In this document: piece after piece, positions 63,061 through 64,000 of the stretch | How positions within the stretch are numbered: position 1 is the stretch's first letter | Layout of the letters: each line of letters opens with the position of its first letter | Source: Verrucomicrobiota bacterium | GTDB lineage: Bacteria > Verrucomicrobiota > Lentisphaeria > Lentisphaerales > Lentisphaeraceae | Direction: 5' to 3' | Length of the DNA stretch: 64,000 nucleotides | Assembly: GCA_039798785.1 (NCBI GenBank) | Contig: JBDKFG010000010.1 | Span: 1 to 64,000 of the forward strand | Notes under the pieces: generated by a model | Database searches by the model: none | What the model was told of the DNA's origin: nothing | What the model saw: the letters and a program-made list of their open reading frames with translations, nothing else | Translations under genes and position numbers: made by a program

Positions 63061-64000
63061 GTGCGCACCATCAATCTCTACATCGCCCGCAACCTCCTCT
63101 GGGTCTTCACCATCTCGATCGCCGTCCTGATCTTCGTGATGCTGGCCGGAAACATCCTGCGGCTGATTGACAAGCTCACTCACGGCTTGGATCCGATGGT
63201 GTTCTTCGATCTGATGATGGCGATTTTGCCTGGTCTTCTCGGCTATGCGCTGCCTGTAGCGCTGCTGGTCGCTGTCACGCTGGTCTATTCAAGGATGTCG
63301 GCGGAGAGCGAGATAACGGCGATGCGAGCCAGCGGCATCTCGGTCTGGCAGATCACGACGCCGGCGATCCTGCTCAGCCTGGCCGTCTCGGCGGCCTGCT
63401 TCTGGCTGCAGGTCGAGGCGATCTCCGACGCCAATCTGAGGCGAGACACCCTGATCGGGAACCTCGCTTCCACCTCACCTGCCGTCCTGCTTGAATCAGG
63501 CACCGAGATCGAGCTCGGCAATCAGCTGATCACCATTGACGAACGCCAGGGCAACGAGCTCAAGGGAGTCCGTCTGGTGCAGTCCCGGGACGGCGTCATC
63601 GAAAGGGAGATCCTGGCGGAAACCGCGACTTTGATCCCGGATGAAAAAGGACCCTGGACGATCCAGTTCCATTCCGCGAGGATTCTGACCAGCGGGGGTT
63701 TTGATGATTTCGCGGTGAAGGGCGATGGCAGAAAAGCGGCTGCGGCGGAATCGAAAAAATCAGGCTCCATCTCCAAGGACTCCAAGCCCGAGGGGGCTCA
63801 GGCCGAGCGGATGAACCGCATCGCTTCGGGAGAGATCGGGCTGAAGTTCGATCCCCACAGCCGGGTCAGCGACAATCTCAGGAGGAAGTTCAAATATCTC
63901 GATGCCCAGGGACTTCTCTCTCGCATCGCCAACATGGATGACCGGATTGCGACGCTGCCGAAAGACGACAAAAAGGCTCTCAAGGCTCTTCAGAAGGAGC
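63061..64000 (+). CDS. LptF/LptG family permease (partial, runs off window)
   Basis: GTG start MRTINLYIARN; ALPVALLVAVTLVYSRMSAESEITAMRASGIS. Confidence 0.88.
   Translation, partial: MRTINLYIARNLLWVFTISIAVLIFVMLAGNILRLIDKLTHGLDPMVFFDLMMAILPGLLGYALPVALLVAVTLVYSRMSAESEITAMRASGISVWQITTPAILLSLAVSAACFWLQVEAISDANLRRDTLIGNLASTSPAVLLESGTEIELGNQLITIDERQGNELKGVRLVQSRDGVIEREILAETATLIPDEKGPWTIQFHSARILTSGGFDDFAVKGDGRKAAAAESKKSGSISKDSKPEGAQAERMNRIASGEIGLKFDPHSRVSDNLRRKFKYLDAQGLLSRIANMDDRIATLPKDDKKALKALQKE

Overview
High-GC chromosomal segment from a bacterium that is probably in the PVC superphylum, most like Lentisphaerae. This placement is inferred from H-X9-DG proteins, a GntR/sugar-binding regulator and a YfbK-type VWA anti-sigma protein. 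Most of the window is housekeeping genes: glgB, msbA-like, gshB, suhB, phoH, uppP, RND permease, pepA, monomeric icd, rsmE, sufE, Zn/Mn ABC transporter, dnaA, tdh, S1 protein, thiG, secDF, yajC, coaD, fliI/fliH, trkH and a partial lptF/G. It also carries tRNA-Ser(GGA) and two tandem tRNA-Ala(GGC). I found no CRISPR array, transposase, integrase or prophage. The unusual signal is a dense layer of small non-autonomous elements. (i) An AT-rich ankyrin gene sits between sufE and rsmE, bracketed by perfectly inverted (AATTAAG)n arms, and related 7-10-mer arrays recur at many gene junctions. (ii) A MITE family with CCT...AGG ends and 5-bp target duplications is present; one copy rewrote the GshB C-terminus. 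(iii) A second MITE with an 8-bp duplication lies upstream of an ECF sigma factor. (iv) A REP-like palindrome is tandemly expanded in frame inside a SWIM-SNF2 helicase. Other points of note are start-less remnants of an RHS protein and a metacaspase, an isolated fliH-fliI pair, and a mosaic anti-sigma/VWA protein. All functional calls come from motif recognition only; no database search was run.
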